A stretch of DNA of 64,000 bases from an uncultured Sphaerobacteraceae bacterium (GTDB lineage Bacteria; Chloroflexota; Chloroflexia; Thermomicrobiales; UBA6265), in NCBI GenBank assembly GCA_964461025.1, contig CAYWSE010000001.1, positions 56,414 to 120,413 on the forward strand, in the 5' to 3' direction. How positions within the stretch are numbered: the first letter of the stretch is position 1; each line of letters starts with the position of its first letter. Positions 53,880 through 62,462 of the stretch are shown here, piece by piece. Under the pieces are notes generated by a model, which saw nothing but the letters and a program-made list of their open reading frames with translations, ran no database searches and was not told the DNA's origin. The position numbers and the translations under genes are program-made.

Positions 53880-55169
53880 GTGCCTGCGATTTCGCGGCTC
53901 ACCGCACTGGAAATCCTCGATAGCCGCGGCCGGCCGACCGTGCAAACGACCTGCCGGCTGGCGAGCGGCGCGGCAAAAACAGTGTCGGTGCCGTCTGGCG
54001 CGTCGACCGGACTGGCCGAAGCGCACGAGCTCCGCGACGGCGACCCCGGCCGCTATGGCGGGCTGGGATGTCGTCAGGCCGTCAATCATGTCGAAGTCGA
54101 GTTGAACGATGCCTTGCAGGGCCGGCAATTCGACACCCAGCATCAGCTCGATGAGGCGATGATCGCGCTGGATGGAACGGAAAATCTCTCTCGCCTGGGC
54201 GCCAACGCGGTGCTATCGGTGTCTCTGGCATTCGCTCGGGCAACGGCTGCCGAGCGAGAGGTACCGTTATACGAGCATTTTCGCGAATTGACGGGGCAGA
54301 CACAGGGGTCCGCAGCGACACACAGATCAACCCTCCCTCGACCAACGGTCAATCTCTTCAGCGGCGGCAAGCACGCAGGTGGCCAGATGGAGCTGCAGGA
54401 CGTGCTCATCGTCGCCAACGGCGCTGGTTCGGTCGACGACGCCATGGCCATGACCTACGCCGTCTACCAGGCCGCCGCGCGGCTCATCCGCAAGCAATAC
54501 GGCATGCGGTTGCTGGTGGCGGACGAGGGAGGTCTGGCTCCCGATTTTGGGTCGGTCGAAGCAGCGCTCGATCTGGCGGTCGAAGCAATCGGCGCGGCCG
54601 GTTACGAACCGGGCGCCGACGTGTCGCTCTGCATCGACGTTGCGGCAAGCCTCTTCCAGCAGGACGGCATGTACGCAATTGGCGGACGGACGTTTGACGC
54701 GATGGGGATGGTGGCGCTGATCGCGCAGTGGGTCGAGGAGTTCCCGATCGTCAGCGTCGAGGATGGTCTGGGAGAAGATGACTGGCACGCCTGGCCCGAG
54801 CTGCGTTCGGCCCTGGCGGGCAAGGCGCTCACGCTCGGCGATGACCTGCTGACCACAAACCCGGCGCGGATCGAGCGGGCGATCGAATCACGGGCAGCCG
54901 ATGCCTTGTTGTTGAAAGTCAATCAGATCGGCACGCTGACCCAAGCGGCCCAGGCTCTTTCGCTGGCGCGAGAGGCGGGCTGGAAGGTGGTCGTCAGCGC
55001 CCGCTCGGGCGAAACTGAGGACGACTGGCTGAGTGACCTGGCCGTTGGCTGGAGCGGCGACGCCCTCAAAGTCGGCTCGATCACCCGCAGCGAACGCCTC
55101 GCCAAATGGAACCGCCTGCTCGCCATCGAAAAAGAAACCGCCCTGCCACTAACCACCTGGCCAGCGTGA
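53880..55169 (+). CDS. eno: enolase-family protein
   Basis: ILDSRGRPTVQT, SGASTGLAEAHELRD, ADEGGLAP, KVNQIGTLTQ and SARSGETED. GTG 53880 has AAGGAG upstream and lies 5 nt after the kinase stop. Confidence 0.85.
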   Translation: MPAISRLTALEILDSRGRPTVQTTCRLASGAAKTVSVPSGASTGLAEAHELRDGDPGRYGGLGCRQAVNHVEVELNDALQGRQFDTQHQLDEAMIALDGTENLSRLGANAVLSVSLAFARATAAEREVPLYEHFRELTGQTQGSAATHRSTLPRPTVNLFSGGKHAGGQMELQDVLIVANGAGSVDDAMAMTYAVYQAAARLIRKQYGMRLLVADEGGLAPDFGSVEAALDLAVEAIGAAGYEPGADVSLCIDVAASLFQQDGMYAIGGRTFDAMGMVALIAQWVEEFPIVSVEDGLGEDDWHAWPELRSALAGKALTLGDDLLTTNPARIERAIESRAADALLLKVNQIGTLTQAAQALSLAREAGWKVVVSARSGETEDDWLSDLAVGWSGDALKVGSITRSERLAKWNRLLAIEKETALPLTTWPA

Positions 55170-55907
55170 ATGCGCCAGAATCGGGAGTCGCTCCGGTACA
55201 GGGGATACGACTACACACATCCGAGCGCGTATGCGTTCACGGTTGTTGTCCGTGATCGTGCATGTCGTCTTGGACGAATACATGAGATGGTGTTCAAGGC
55301 AACTCTCGCAGGAGCAACCGTGCTCAACGTATGGGAGTCGCTGCCGAAGAGATTTCCACGCATCCTGCTGGATGCGTTCGTAGTCATGCCCAACCATATC
55401 CATGGGATTGTGTTTCTGGGAGGCACACCGATCGATAATCTGGACGATCTCGTCGACACAACGACCCCATCCGTAGCGTCGCCATTTGTGGCCATCGGCG
55501 CATCTGAGCAGAACGAATCCCAGACTCCACGAACACCGTCCGTAGCGTCGCCATTTATGGCGACTGATGCGTTGGCGATGAACGTTCCTCGAACCTTAGC
55601 GCCGTCTGGCGAGACAGTCGCCATAAATGGCGACGCTACAAAATCGGCTGCGGTACGCGGGCGACGACCTCCAGTTCCACCGGTCCGTGATCAGGCCATG
55701 CCAGCGCTCGGTGAGATCGTTCGTTCGTTGAAGGCCGCGTCAACGACAAGGATTCGCAAGGAAATCGATCCTCAGTTTGCATGGCAGGAAGGGTACTGGG
55801 ACCGCATCATCCGCAATGATGCCGAACTGGAGCGGTATCGGGCATACATCGAAAACAATCCTGCGCGTTGGGAAGAAGACAGGGAATACCTAAAGGGGGA
55901 TTGGTAG
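55170..55907 (+). CDS. REP-associated tyrosine transposase (RAYT, IS200-like) with extended linker
   Basis: YAFTVVVRDRACRLG N-terminus. HUH motif VVMPNHIHGIVFL. Tyr motif FAWQEGYWDRIIRNDAELERYRAYIENNP. An ~85-aa linker contains three family A REP sequences. Confidence 0.82.
   Translation: MRQNRESLRYRGYDYTHPSAYAFTVVVRDRACRLGRIHEMVFKATLAGATVLNVWESLPKRFPRILLDAFVVMPNHIHGIVFLGGTPIDNLDDLVDTTTPSVASPFVAIGASEQNESQTPRTPSVASPFMATDALAMNVPRTLAPSGETVAINGDATKSAAVRGRRPPVPPVRDQAMPALGEIVRSLKAASTTRIRKEIDPQFAWQEGYWDRIIRNDAELERYRAYIENNPARWEEDREYLKGDW
55472..55639. repeat. three family A REP units inside the RAYT coding sequence
   Basis: CGTAGCGTCGCCATTTGTGGCC at 55472-55493. CGTAGCGTCGCCATTTATGGCGAC at 55541-55564. 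The inverted copy GTCGCCATAAATGGCGACGCTAC at 55617-55639. Confidence 0.85.
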
Positions 55908-55935
55908 GAGATACCAACGGTCGATTGCGGGGTCA

Positions 55936-55953
55936 AGCGCCATTAATGGCGCT
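55936..55953. repeat. perfect 18-bp palindrome AGCGCCATTAATGGCGCT (family A-related)
   Basis: It is self-complementary, lies 29 nt after the RAYT stop, and shares the CGCCAT..ATGGCG core. Confidence 0.7.
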
Positions 55954-56035
55954 CGCTGCGGCTCACATACATTCCAAATACCCACCGACGGAATCGCACC
56001 ACTCGGCCCGACTACTCTAGTGAGGAGTAGGACGA

Positions 56036-56584
56036 GTGGCGATTGCGATTCGGGACGTGACGAAGAGACAGGATCTTGCCGATCCGCAGGTGTTCAGCGC
56101 CTTTTACGACGAGGCTTTGCCGATCGTCTACGGGTATTTTCTCCGCCGCACCGGCGGAATGCCCGCACTGGCCGAGGACCTGACGCAGGAAACCTTTCTG
56201 GCCGCTATGCGCCAGATCCGCAGGAACGCATCGGTGGACGCGCCGATGCCCTGGCTGATCGGCATCGCCCGCCATCGCCTGATCGACCATTACCGAGCCA
56301 CATCCGGTTCAGCCAACCGGGTTGTGGCCCTCGGCGACTGGCTGGATGATCAGCCTGACGACACTGACGACTTTGCGCCAATTCACGATCGCGAAGATGC
56401 GATCGCGGCACTCGATGCGCTGCCTCCTTCACAGCGATTGGCGATCGTACTCAGGTATCTCGACGGCATGTCCGTGCCCGAAATCGCCAGCCAGACCGGC
56501 AAGTCGGTGCATGCCGTTGAGTCTCTCCTCGCGCGCGGCCGCGCAACGTTCAAACGTCACTACCGGGAGCACGGTCATGAGTGA
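56036..56584 (+). CDS. ECF-type RNA polymerase sigma factor
   Basis: Region 2 (EDLTQETFLAAMRQI) and region 4 (LPPSQRLAIVLRYLDGMSVPEIASQTGKSVHAVESLLARGR). Confidence 0.86.
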   Translation: MAIAIRDVTKRQDLADPQVFSAFYDEALPIVYGYFLRRTGGMPALAEDLTQETFLAAMRQIRRNASVDAPMPWLIGIARHRLIDHYRATSGSANRVVALGDWLDDQPDDTDDFAPIHDREDAIAALDALPPSQRLAIVLRYLDGMSVPEIASQTGKSVHAVESLLARGRATFKRHYREHGHE

Positions 56585-58157
56585 GCGAGACCCCTTCGAC
56601 CACCTCGGAGAGCTGATCGATCAACCGGTCGCGCCGAATCCGCGATTCGCCGCCGACCTGAAAACGCAACTCATGAGCGGCTTGTCCGCAGGCAGTCGCC
56701 TGCAGGAAGAGGAGCACTTTTCCATGGAAGCTGTATTGCGACGACCGGTCGTACTCGAACCGGAGCGTCGTCAAAGATTCAGACCTGCCGTGCTGCTGGG
56801 CGCCGCAGCCCTTCTGGCGCTGGTCATTGGCATCGCCGCGGTGTGGGCGATCGGCGACTTCAGGTCCAGTCCAGATTCCCCGACGATCATTCCGGCGGCC
56901 TCCTTTCAGGAGAATACCGAAGGAACCCCCATCGCCAGCACATCGCCGGAAGACAGTCTCGCGACGCCGGTTGTCACGTTGAACGACCCGACAGATGTGT
57001 ACGCAGGCTGGCAGATGGAGCTGCCGCCAGACGAGAGTCTCGACTACGGCGGTATGGCGGCCGCCGGGGGCGCGGTCTACCGGCTGCTGGCGACGCCTTC
57101 CTTCGTTGGTGTCGAGGCCGTGGATGGCCCAACAGCGACAGTGCTCTGGCGCTCGGAGAAATCGTGGCGCAATTTCGGCATCGTGGCGGACGACGGGGTC
57201 TTCTTCTTCTCAGCACCGAGTGAGCTCACCGCGCTGGAGCCTGAAAACGGCGAGGAGCGATGGGTCGTCGGATGGGAGGAGGAGCGGCAAGCTGTCTCCC
57301 TGGCAATGAGCGAAGGTCTGCTCTATGTGTGGGACGCGACCGGCTCCCTGGCGGCGATCGACGCGGCGACTGGCGCCATCCTTTGGACGACGCCGACCGG
57401 AGACGACAGCTCCGCGCAGGTGAGGGGGTCCGAAACAACGACACCTGTCGTCGGAGGCGACTGGGTCGCGGTGGTGACAGGAGCCGGCAATCTGACAGTC
57501 TTCGAACGAACCACGGGCCAAATCCTTCAGGCAATTCCGGGTTTTGATCCCATCAATAGCCGGCTTACCGCGCAGTTTCCGGTTGTCTTCGTGCTCGGCG
57601 ACCAACAGAATCCTGGTGCCGATGGGGCGAATCTGCACGGCACAGGCGTGAATGTCGAAACAGGCGAAATCATTTGGGAGCTCGAAATCTCCGGACCCCT
57701 CTTCCCGCCAATCGCCACGAATGAAGAGAACTTCTATTTCATCGCCAATGACGTCGAAGCAGGCGAGGGCGCCGCGGTCGGCACGCCGATCGTCATTTCG
57801 GATGACTCGGCGCCCTGGTCTGGCGAGACGCCGGAAGAGTTGACTGGCGGCGAATGGGTCTACGGCATTGATGCCTTCACGGGCGAGGTCGTCTGGCAGC
57901 AAATCACCCGAAGCGACGGCTTCATCGGTCTCGTGACGATCTTCCCGAATTCCGGGGCGCTTTCGGCGTACACGGCAGACGGACATGTTGTCGGTCTGGC
58001 GCGTGACTACGGCGGAATCTCTCACGATCCAAAGGATCTCGACCGGGCGTTGCTCGACGTCGTCTCCGGAGGTTCGCCAGCATTCGGGTATTTCGCAACG
58101 GCCCTCGATGGCACGTTGATCTGGTTCGGCGCTGTTCCCGCCGACCAGCAGGGATGA
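56577..58157 (+). CDS. putative anti-sigma factor with single TM helix and PQQ-like beta-propeller ectodomain
   Basis: It overlaps the sigma gene by 8 nt. TM helix AVLLGAAALLALVIGIAAVWAI. Repeated blades xxGExxW (ENGEERWVV, ATGAILWTT, ETGEIIWEL, FTGEVVWQQ). Confidence 0.68.
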   Translation: MSERDPFDHLGELIDQPVAPNPRFAADLKTQLMSGLSAGSRLQEEEHFSMEAVLRRPVVLEPERRQRFRPAVLLGAAALLALVIGIAAVWAIGDFRSSPDSPTIIPAASFQENTEGTPIASTSPEDSLATPVVTLNDPTDVYAGWQMELPPDESLDYGGMAAAGGAVYRLLATPSFVGVEAVDGPTATVLWRSEKSWRNFGIVADDGVFFFSAPSELTALEPENGEERWVVGWEEERQAVSLAMSEGLLYVWDATGSLAAIDAATGAILWTTPTGDDSSAQVRGSETTTPVVGGDWVAVVTGAGNLTVFERTTGQILQAIPGFDPINSRLTAQFPVVFVLGDQQNPGADGANLHGTGVNVETGEIIWELEISGPLFPPIATNEENFYFIANDVEAGEGAAVGTPIVISDDSAPWSGETPEELTGGEWVYGIDAFTGEVVWQQITRSDGFIGLVTIFPNSGALSAYTADGHVVGLARDYGGISHDPKDLDRALLDVVSGGSPAFGYFATALDGTLIWFGAVPADQQG

Positions 58158-58381
58158 CCGAGCTGCTTCCGTTTGCGCAACCTCTCTAGCGACAACTGAA
58201 CGGGGAGACCAAGCCTGGCTCCTCTCCCTCCCTTCCCCCAAAGCATCCCTTTCTGGTCCCAGCCAACCGGAGAGGGGTGCTTCTTCGTACAGTGGAAGGA
58301 GCCGGAACCTGCCTTGACGTTCCGGGCGATCTGCCGCAGAGTCAGGGCGATCGATTGGAGCTTCGGCAGGACCCTCGAACA

Positions 58382-59266
58382 ATGAACCGAATTCGGATTT
58401 CACGCAGAGTTTTCACCAGCGGTCTGACAGCGACCGCGGTATCGTCGCTGTCTGGTCATCGTGCGACCTCCGCCCAGACACCGGGTGCGACGCCCCCGTC
58501 TGGCGAGCCGGAAACGCTCTTCGATGTCACGTTCCTGCGCGACTGGCAACCGGAAGGCAAAGCGCAGGGAGCGTTCTACCGGATCATCCTGCAACCCGGC
58601 GACGAGCTGACCTATCTTCCCGGGCCCTACTGCGGTTGCAGTGGCGAAACAATCAAGGAAGGAACAGCAGTAGAGGCGGTCTTGTCCGGCGTTTACACGA
58701 TCCGGCTCGACCGGCCGTTTCTCGTTCGTCATCCCGGCGAAGACGATCGAGAGATCACCGCCGAAACTGATTTCGCTCTGACCGCCGGCGACGTGGCCAT
58801 CTACCCGGATGCCCTGGCGTTCGGGTCGCTGCGCAACACCGGCAACGAACCCGTCGTTCTCTTCGGCGCCTCGATCACCAGCATCGAGGTCGAAGCCGGG
58901 ACCTTCACTCCCCCATTGCCCGAAGACATGAGCGCACGCCTCAGCGTGGCGGTCTACGACGCCTGGCAAACGCTCGGCGACGGCGATATCCCTGCGCGGC
59001 TGACCCGTCAGATATTGCCCGCCGGCGGCACACTCGGTCCCTGGCCGATCGTCGGACTGGAAGCAATCCACGCCCAGACCGGGGAATTCCATTCATCGAT
59101 CATCCAGCCGGGCGCCTCGACGCCACAAGGCGAGCCACTCTTCGTTCGCGAAGGTGGCACAGCGGCATTCCGAAAAGTGACTCCCGGCGCACAGCGGCTC
59201 CTTGCCAATCCCTCCGACGTCGACACAACCCTTCTGATGCTGAACTTCCTTCCTGCCGGTGGTTGA
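58382..59266 (+). CDS. secreted hypothetical protein (Tat signal)
   Basis: MNRIRISRRVFTSGLTATAVSSLSGHRATSAQ. Confidence 0.55.
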   Translation: MNRIRISRRVFTSGLTATAVSSLSGHRATSAQTPGATPPSGEPETLFDVTFLRDWQPEGKAQGAFYRIILQPGDELTYLPGPYCGCSGETIKEGTAVEAVLSGVYTIRLDRPFLVRHPGEDDREITAETDFALTAGDVAIYPDALAFGSLRNTGNEPVVLFGASITSIEVEAGTFTPPLPEDMSARLSVAVYDAWQTLGDGDIPARLTRQILPAGGTLGPWPIVGLEAIHAQTGEFHSSIIQPGASTPQGEPLFVREGGTAAFRKVTPGAQRLLANPSDVDTTLLMLNFLPAGG

Positions 59267-59356
59267 TGCAGGGTCCGGCCTCGTGCCTGCGCTGTTTCGC
59301 CGGACTGCGCTTGTCCAGCACTTCTGCACCCCGGCGCCAATCCCCAACTCACATCC

Positions 59357-59398
59357 CCGGACCTCGGACTATAGGCCCCCGACTCCGGACTCCCTCAT
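59357..59398. repeat. degenerate heptamer array (CCGGACY family)
   Basis: The units read ccggacc tcggact ataggcc cccgact ccggact ccctcat. Confidence 0.7.
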
Positions 59399-59511
59399 CC
59401 ATACGGAGTAATTTTCGCCGGGACCTACCCATTCTCACTGGAATCTCGTTAGACTCAGCATTGAACACCACGCTCCACCCATGCCGGGAGCGAACGTTGA
59501 TCAGTGAGAGG

Positions 59512-59955
59512 ATGCACGATATGGCGTATGGTCCTGTCGAGTTTGTTGTCATCAAGTTCCCCGGAAATCAATTCTCCGGTGAAATCGTGCCGGCGCTGGC
59601 CGAGCTCATCGAGAGTGGCACTATCCGGCTCATCGATCTCATCTTTGTCACCAAGGATGCTGATAGCGTCGTCACGGTCGTCGAGCTGGACGGGCTCGGC
59701 GATGCGCTCATCGCCGAGTTCGAGCCAATTGCGCAGACAGACGAAGAGCTGCTGTCGCAGTCGGATGGCGAATACATTGGTGAGCTGCTCGAGCCGAATT
59801 CGTCGGCCGGGTTGCTGCTCTTCGAGAATGCCTGGGCAGCGAAATTCGTCCAGGCCGTGCGCAATGCGAATGGCGAGGTCATCCTGAATGAGCGCATTCC
59901 TCGCATCGTTATAGAGGAAGTGCTGGCGGAGATCGAAAACGAACTGACGTCCTGA
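59512..59955 (+). CDS. DUF6325-like protein
   Basis: YGPVEFVVIKFPGNQFSGEIVPALAELIESGTIRLIDLIFVTKD. The family name comes from memory of similar actinobacterial proteins that pair with SHOCT proteins. Confidence 0.6.
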   Translation: MHDMAYGPVEFVVIKFPGNQFSGEIVPALAELIESGTIRLIDLIFVTKDADSVVTVVELDGLGDALIAEFEPIAQTDEELLSQSDGEYIGELLEPNSSAGLLLFENAWAAKFVQAVRNANGEVILNERIPRIVIEEVLAEIENELTS

Positions 59956-59982
59956 CGAGCGTGGAATAAAGGAGAAACGACC

Positions 59983-60318
59983 ATGATGAGGCGACGAGGT
60001 GGACGCGGAATCGTCGGAACGATGGCGACTACCGCCGTTGTAGCGGGAACAGCGGGTGCGGTTTCCCATCACCAGCAGCAGAAATACGCAAACAAAGCAG
60101 CGCAGCAACAGGCAACCGCCGCCGAGCAGTCTCAGGTTGCCGAGCTGGAAGCGCAAATGCAGGCAATGCAGGCCCAGCAGGCAACAGCCGCATCAGCACC
60201 GGCAGCGGGAGGGGCAGACGTGATGGCCCAACTTCAACAACTCTCCCAGATGCAGCAGCAGGGACTCCTCACCCCCGAGCAGTTCGAAGCCGCCAAGTCC
60301 AAGTTGCTCGGCGTCTAG
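59983..60318 (+). CDS. SHOCT-domain protein
   Basis: Gln/Ala-rich middle region. C-terminal LQQLSQMQQQGLLTPEQFEAAKSKLLG. Confidence 0.75.
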   Translation: MMRRRGGRGIVGTMATTAVVAGTAGAVSHHQQQKYANKAAQQQATAAEQSQVAELEAQMQAMQAQQATAASAPAAGGADVMAQLQQLSQMQQQGLLTPEQFEAAKSKLLGV

Positions 60319-60343
60319 AGCAAACGAGAGTATCTCTCGACCT

Positions 60344-60369
60344 GCCCTCTCCCGCGGTCGGGAGAGGGC
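60344..60369. repeat. REP-like hairpin, family D (GCCCTCTCCC-GCGGTC-GGGAGAGGGC); may act as a terminator
   Basis: 10-bp perfect stem. The second copy lies at 62388-62413. A half copy lies near 2671-2696. Confidence 0.75.
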
Positions 60370-60378
60370 GCTAACTCC

Positions 60379-60420
60379 CTTTGCCTTTTGCCCATTGCCC
60401 ATTGCCCATTGCCCATTGCC
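60379..60420. repeat. heptamer array (YWTTGCC x6, core CATTGCC x4)
   Basis: The units read ctttgcc ttttgcc cattgcc cattgcc cattgcc cattgcc. Confidence 0.85.
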
Positions 60421-60429
60421 TCCCACGCC

Positions 60430-61359
60430 CTACCGCCGCGCATGCGGATCCAGCGCATCACGCAACCCATCCCCGACGAAGTTGATCGCCATCACCGTCA
60501 GGAAGATCATCATCCCCGGGGCAATGCCGTAGATCGGCAGCGTCGACATATGCGCCTTGGCCCCTTCCAGCATATTCCCCCACGTCGACGTCGGTGGCTG
60601 CACGCCAAACCCGAGGTAACTCAACCCTGACTCGACCAGAATCGTCGCCGCGATGAGCAGTGTCGCTTGCACCACGATCGGCCCCACCGCTCCCGGCAGC
60701 ACATGCCGCAACATGATCCGGGTGTTTCCTGCGCCACTCGCCCTGGCCGCATCGACGAACTCCAGTTCCCGCAGCGCCAGAAACGTAGCGCGCACGATTC
60801 TGGCCAGACTCATCCACGACAACACACCAATAATCAGCGCAATCGGCGCAATGCTCCCCTGCAAAGCCCGCAAGTCTGTCGTTCGCATCAAGGTCGCGAA
60901 CACGATCAGCACAAACAACTGCGGAAAACAGAGAAATGCATCGGTGAGTCGCATCATCAGCGCGTCGATTTTGCCGCCGAAGAAACCGGACACCGCCCCG
61001 ATCAGCGTACCGATCAACAACGACACCGCTGTCGCCGCCAGACCAATCGTCAGCGACACTCGGCCCCCGTAGAGCGTCCGCGCAAAGATGTCCCGACCCG
61101 CTTCATCCGTTCCGAACCAGTGCTCCCGCGAGGGACCCTCTTTGCGTTCCGAAACCGAGAGCGCGTTCGGATCCTGCGTGATGTACGGCGCAAGGACGGC
61201 AGAGAGACAGACGACGACCAGCACAACCACACCCGCCACAGCCAGTTTGTGACGCATGAACCGCCGCAACGTCAGTCCGGCCATCGATTCATGCCGTCGC
61301 GCAACGACCTGATCGTCATAGACCGATTGCCCGACCGGCGTACCGAAGGTGGCGCTCAT
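60430..61359 (-). CDS. ABC transporter permease (DppC/OppC type)
   Basis: WFGTDEAGRDIFARTLYG and VESGLSYLGFG...STWG. Confidence 0.9.
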   Translation of the reverse strand: MSATFGTPVGQSVYDDQVVARRHESMAGLTLRRFMRHKLAVAGVVVLVVVCLSAVLAPYITQDPNALSVSERKEGPSREHWFGTDEAGRDIFARTLYGGRVSLTIGLAATAVSLLIGTLIGAVSGFFGGKIDALMMRLTDAFLCFPQLFVLIVFATLMRTTDLRALQGSIAPIALIIGVLSWMSLARIVRATFLALRELEFVDAARASGAGNTRIMLRHVLPGAVGPIVVQATLLIAATILVESGLSYLGFGVQPPTSTWGNMLEGAKAHMSTLPIYGIAPGMMIFLTVMAINFVGDGLRDALDPHARR

Positions 61360-62345
61360 GAGACCCGTATCCTCGGATCGAGCCAGCTGTACACCATGTC
61401 GGCAATGATGTTCGCCACCACGATCAGCACCGACGTGATCATGATGATCGCCATCAGCAATCCGTAGTCACGCCGTTCTGCCGCCTGATAGAAGAGGCGC
61501 CCCATCCCTGGCCAGGAAAACACAACTTCAGCAAAGAGTGCCCCGGTAAACAGAAACGGCAGGTCGAGCGCCATCAGGGTGATCAATGGGATCGCAGCGT
61601 TGCGAAACGCGTGCCGGATCACCACCCACGATTCACGAACGCCCTTGGCTCGCGCCGTCCGCACATAATCAGCATGAATCACCTCCAGCATCGACGCGCG
61701 TAAGAATCGCGAGTACCAGGCGATCCAGCCCATGGCCAGCATTGTCACCGGCAAAACGAGATGCAATAGCCGGTCCTTGATCGCCGCCCAGCCAGAAAGA
61801 TCTTCACCGATCGTCCGCACACCACCAGCGGGAAGGAGCGGAGAGCCGGTAAAGGGATTGTCCAGAGTTGAGTAAAAAATGAGGATCAGAATCAGGCCGA
61901 ACCAGAAGGTTGGAATGCTCTGACCGACGAAGGTGAAGGTCGTCACCGCATGGTCGAATTTGGAGTACTGACGGATCGCCGAGTAGATGCCGATCGGAAT
62001 GGCGATGATCAAAGTCACTGCCCACGCCGAACCCATGAGGTACAGGGTGTTCGGCAACCGCTCCATAATCGCGTCCGTCACCGGTTGCGAGGAGGTCACC
62101 GCCATTCCGAAATCACCGCGCAACACGCGACCCAGCCAGCGGAAATACTGCACCAGAAAGGGATCGTTGACGCCGAGCCGTTCCTCGAGGCGAGCGAGGT
62201 CCTCGCCGCTCATCCCGGCCCCGCGTCGCAGATACATTCCGGTCGGACCGCCCGGCGCAAGATAGAGCAAACCGTAGACCACGATGCTGACGATGAACAG
62301 CAGCGGTATCGATCCGATCAAGCGTCTGACGAAATATGCGCCCAT
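61356..62345 (-). CDS. ABC transporter permease (DppB/OppB type)
   Basis: MGAYFVRRLIGSIPLLFIVSIVVY and DYVRTARAKG. 4-nt overlap with the downstream permease. Confidence 0.9.
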   Translation of the reverse strand: MGAYFVRRLIGSIPLLFIVSIVVYGLLYLAPGGPTGMYLRRGAGMSGEDLARLEERLGVNDPFLVQYFRWLGRVLRGDFGMAVTSSQPVTDAIMERLPNTLYLMGSAWAVTLIIAIPIGIYSAIRQYSKFDHAVTTFTFVGQSIPTFWFGLILILIFYSTLDNPFTGSPLLPAGGVRTIGEDLSGWAAIKDRLLHLVLPVTMLAMGWIAWYSRFLRASMLEVIHADYVRTARAKGVRESWVVIRHAFRNAAIPLITLMALDLPFLFTGALFAEVVFSWPGMGRLFYQAAERRDYGLLMAIIMITSVLIVVANIIADMVYSWLDPRIRVS

Positions 62346-62387
62346 GCTTCAGCAGTCAGTAGTTGGCGGTTTGTCCCTCACCCCCGG

Positions 62388-62413
62388 CCCCTCTCCCACG
62401 GTCGGGAGAGGGG
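62388..62413. repeat. REP-like hairpin, family D, copy 2
   Basis: CCCCTCTCCC-ACGGTC-GGGAGAGGGG, between the SBP and permease genes. Confidence 0.75.
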
Positions 62414-62462
62414 AGCATTGCGTTTCCTATCCGCCTTTCCGCCCCTTCACCTTCCCGCCTCG

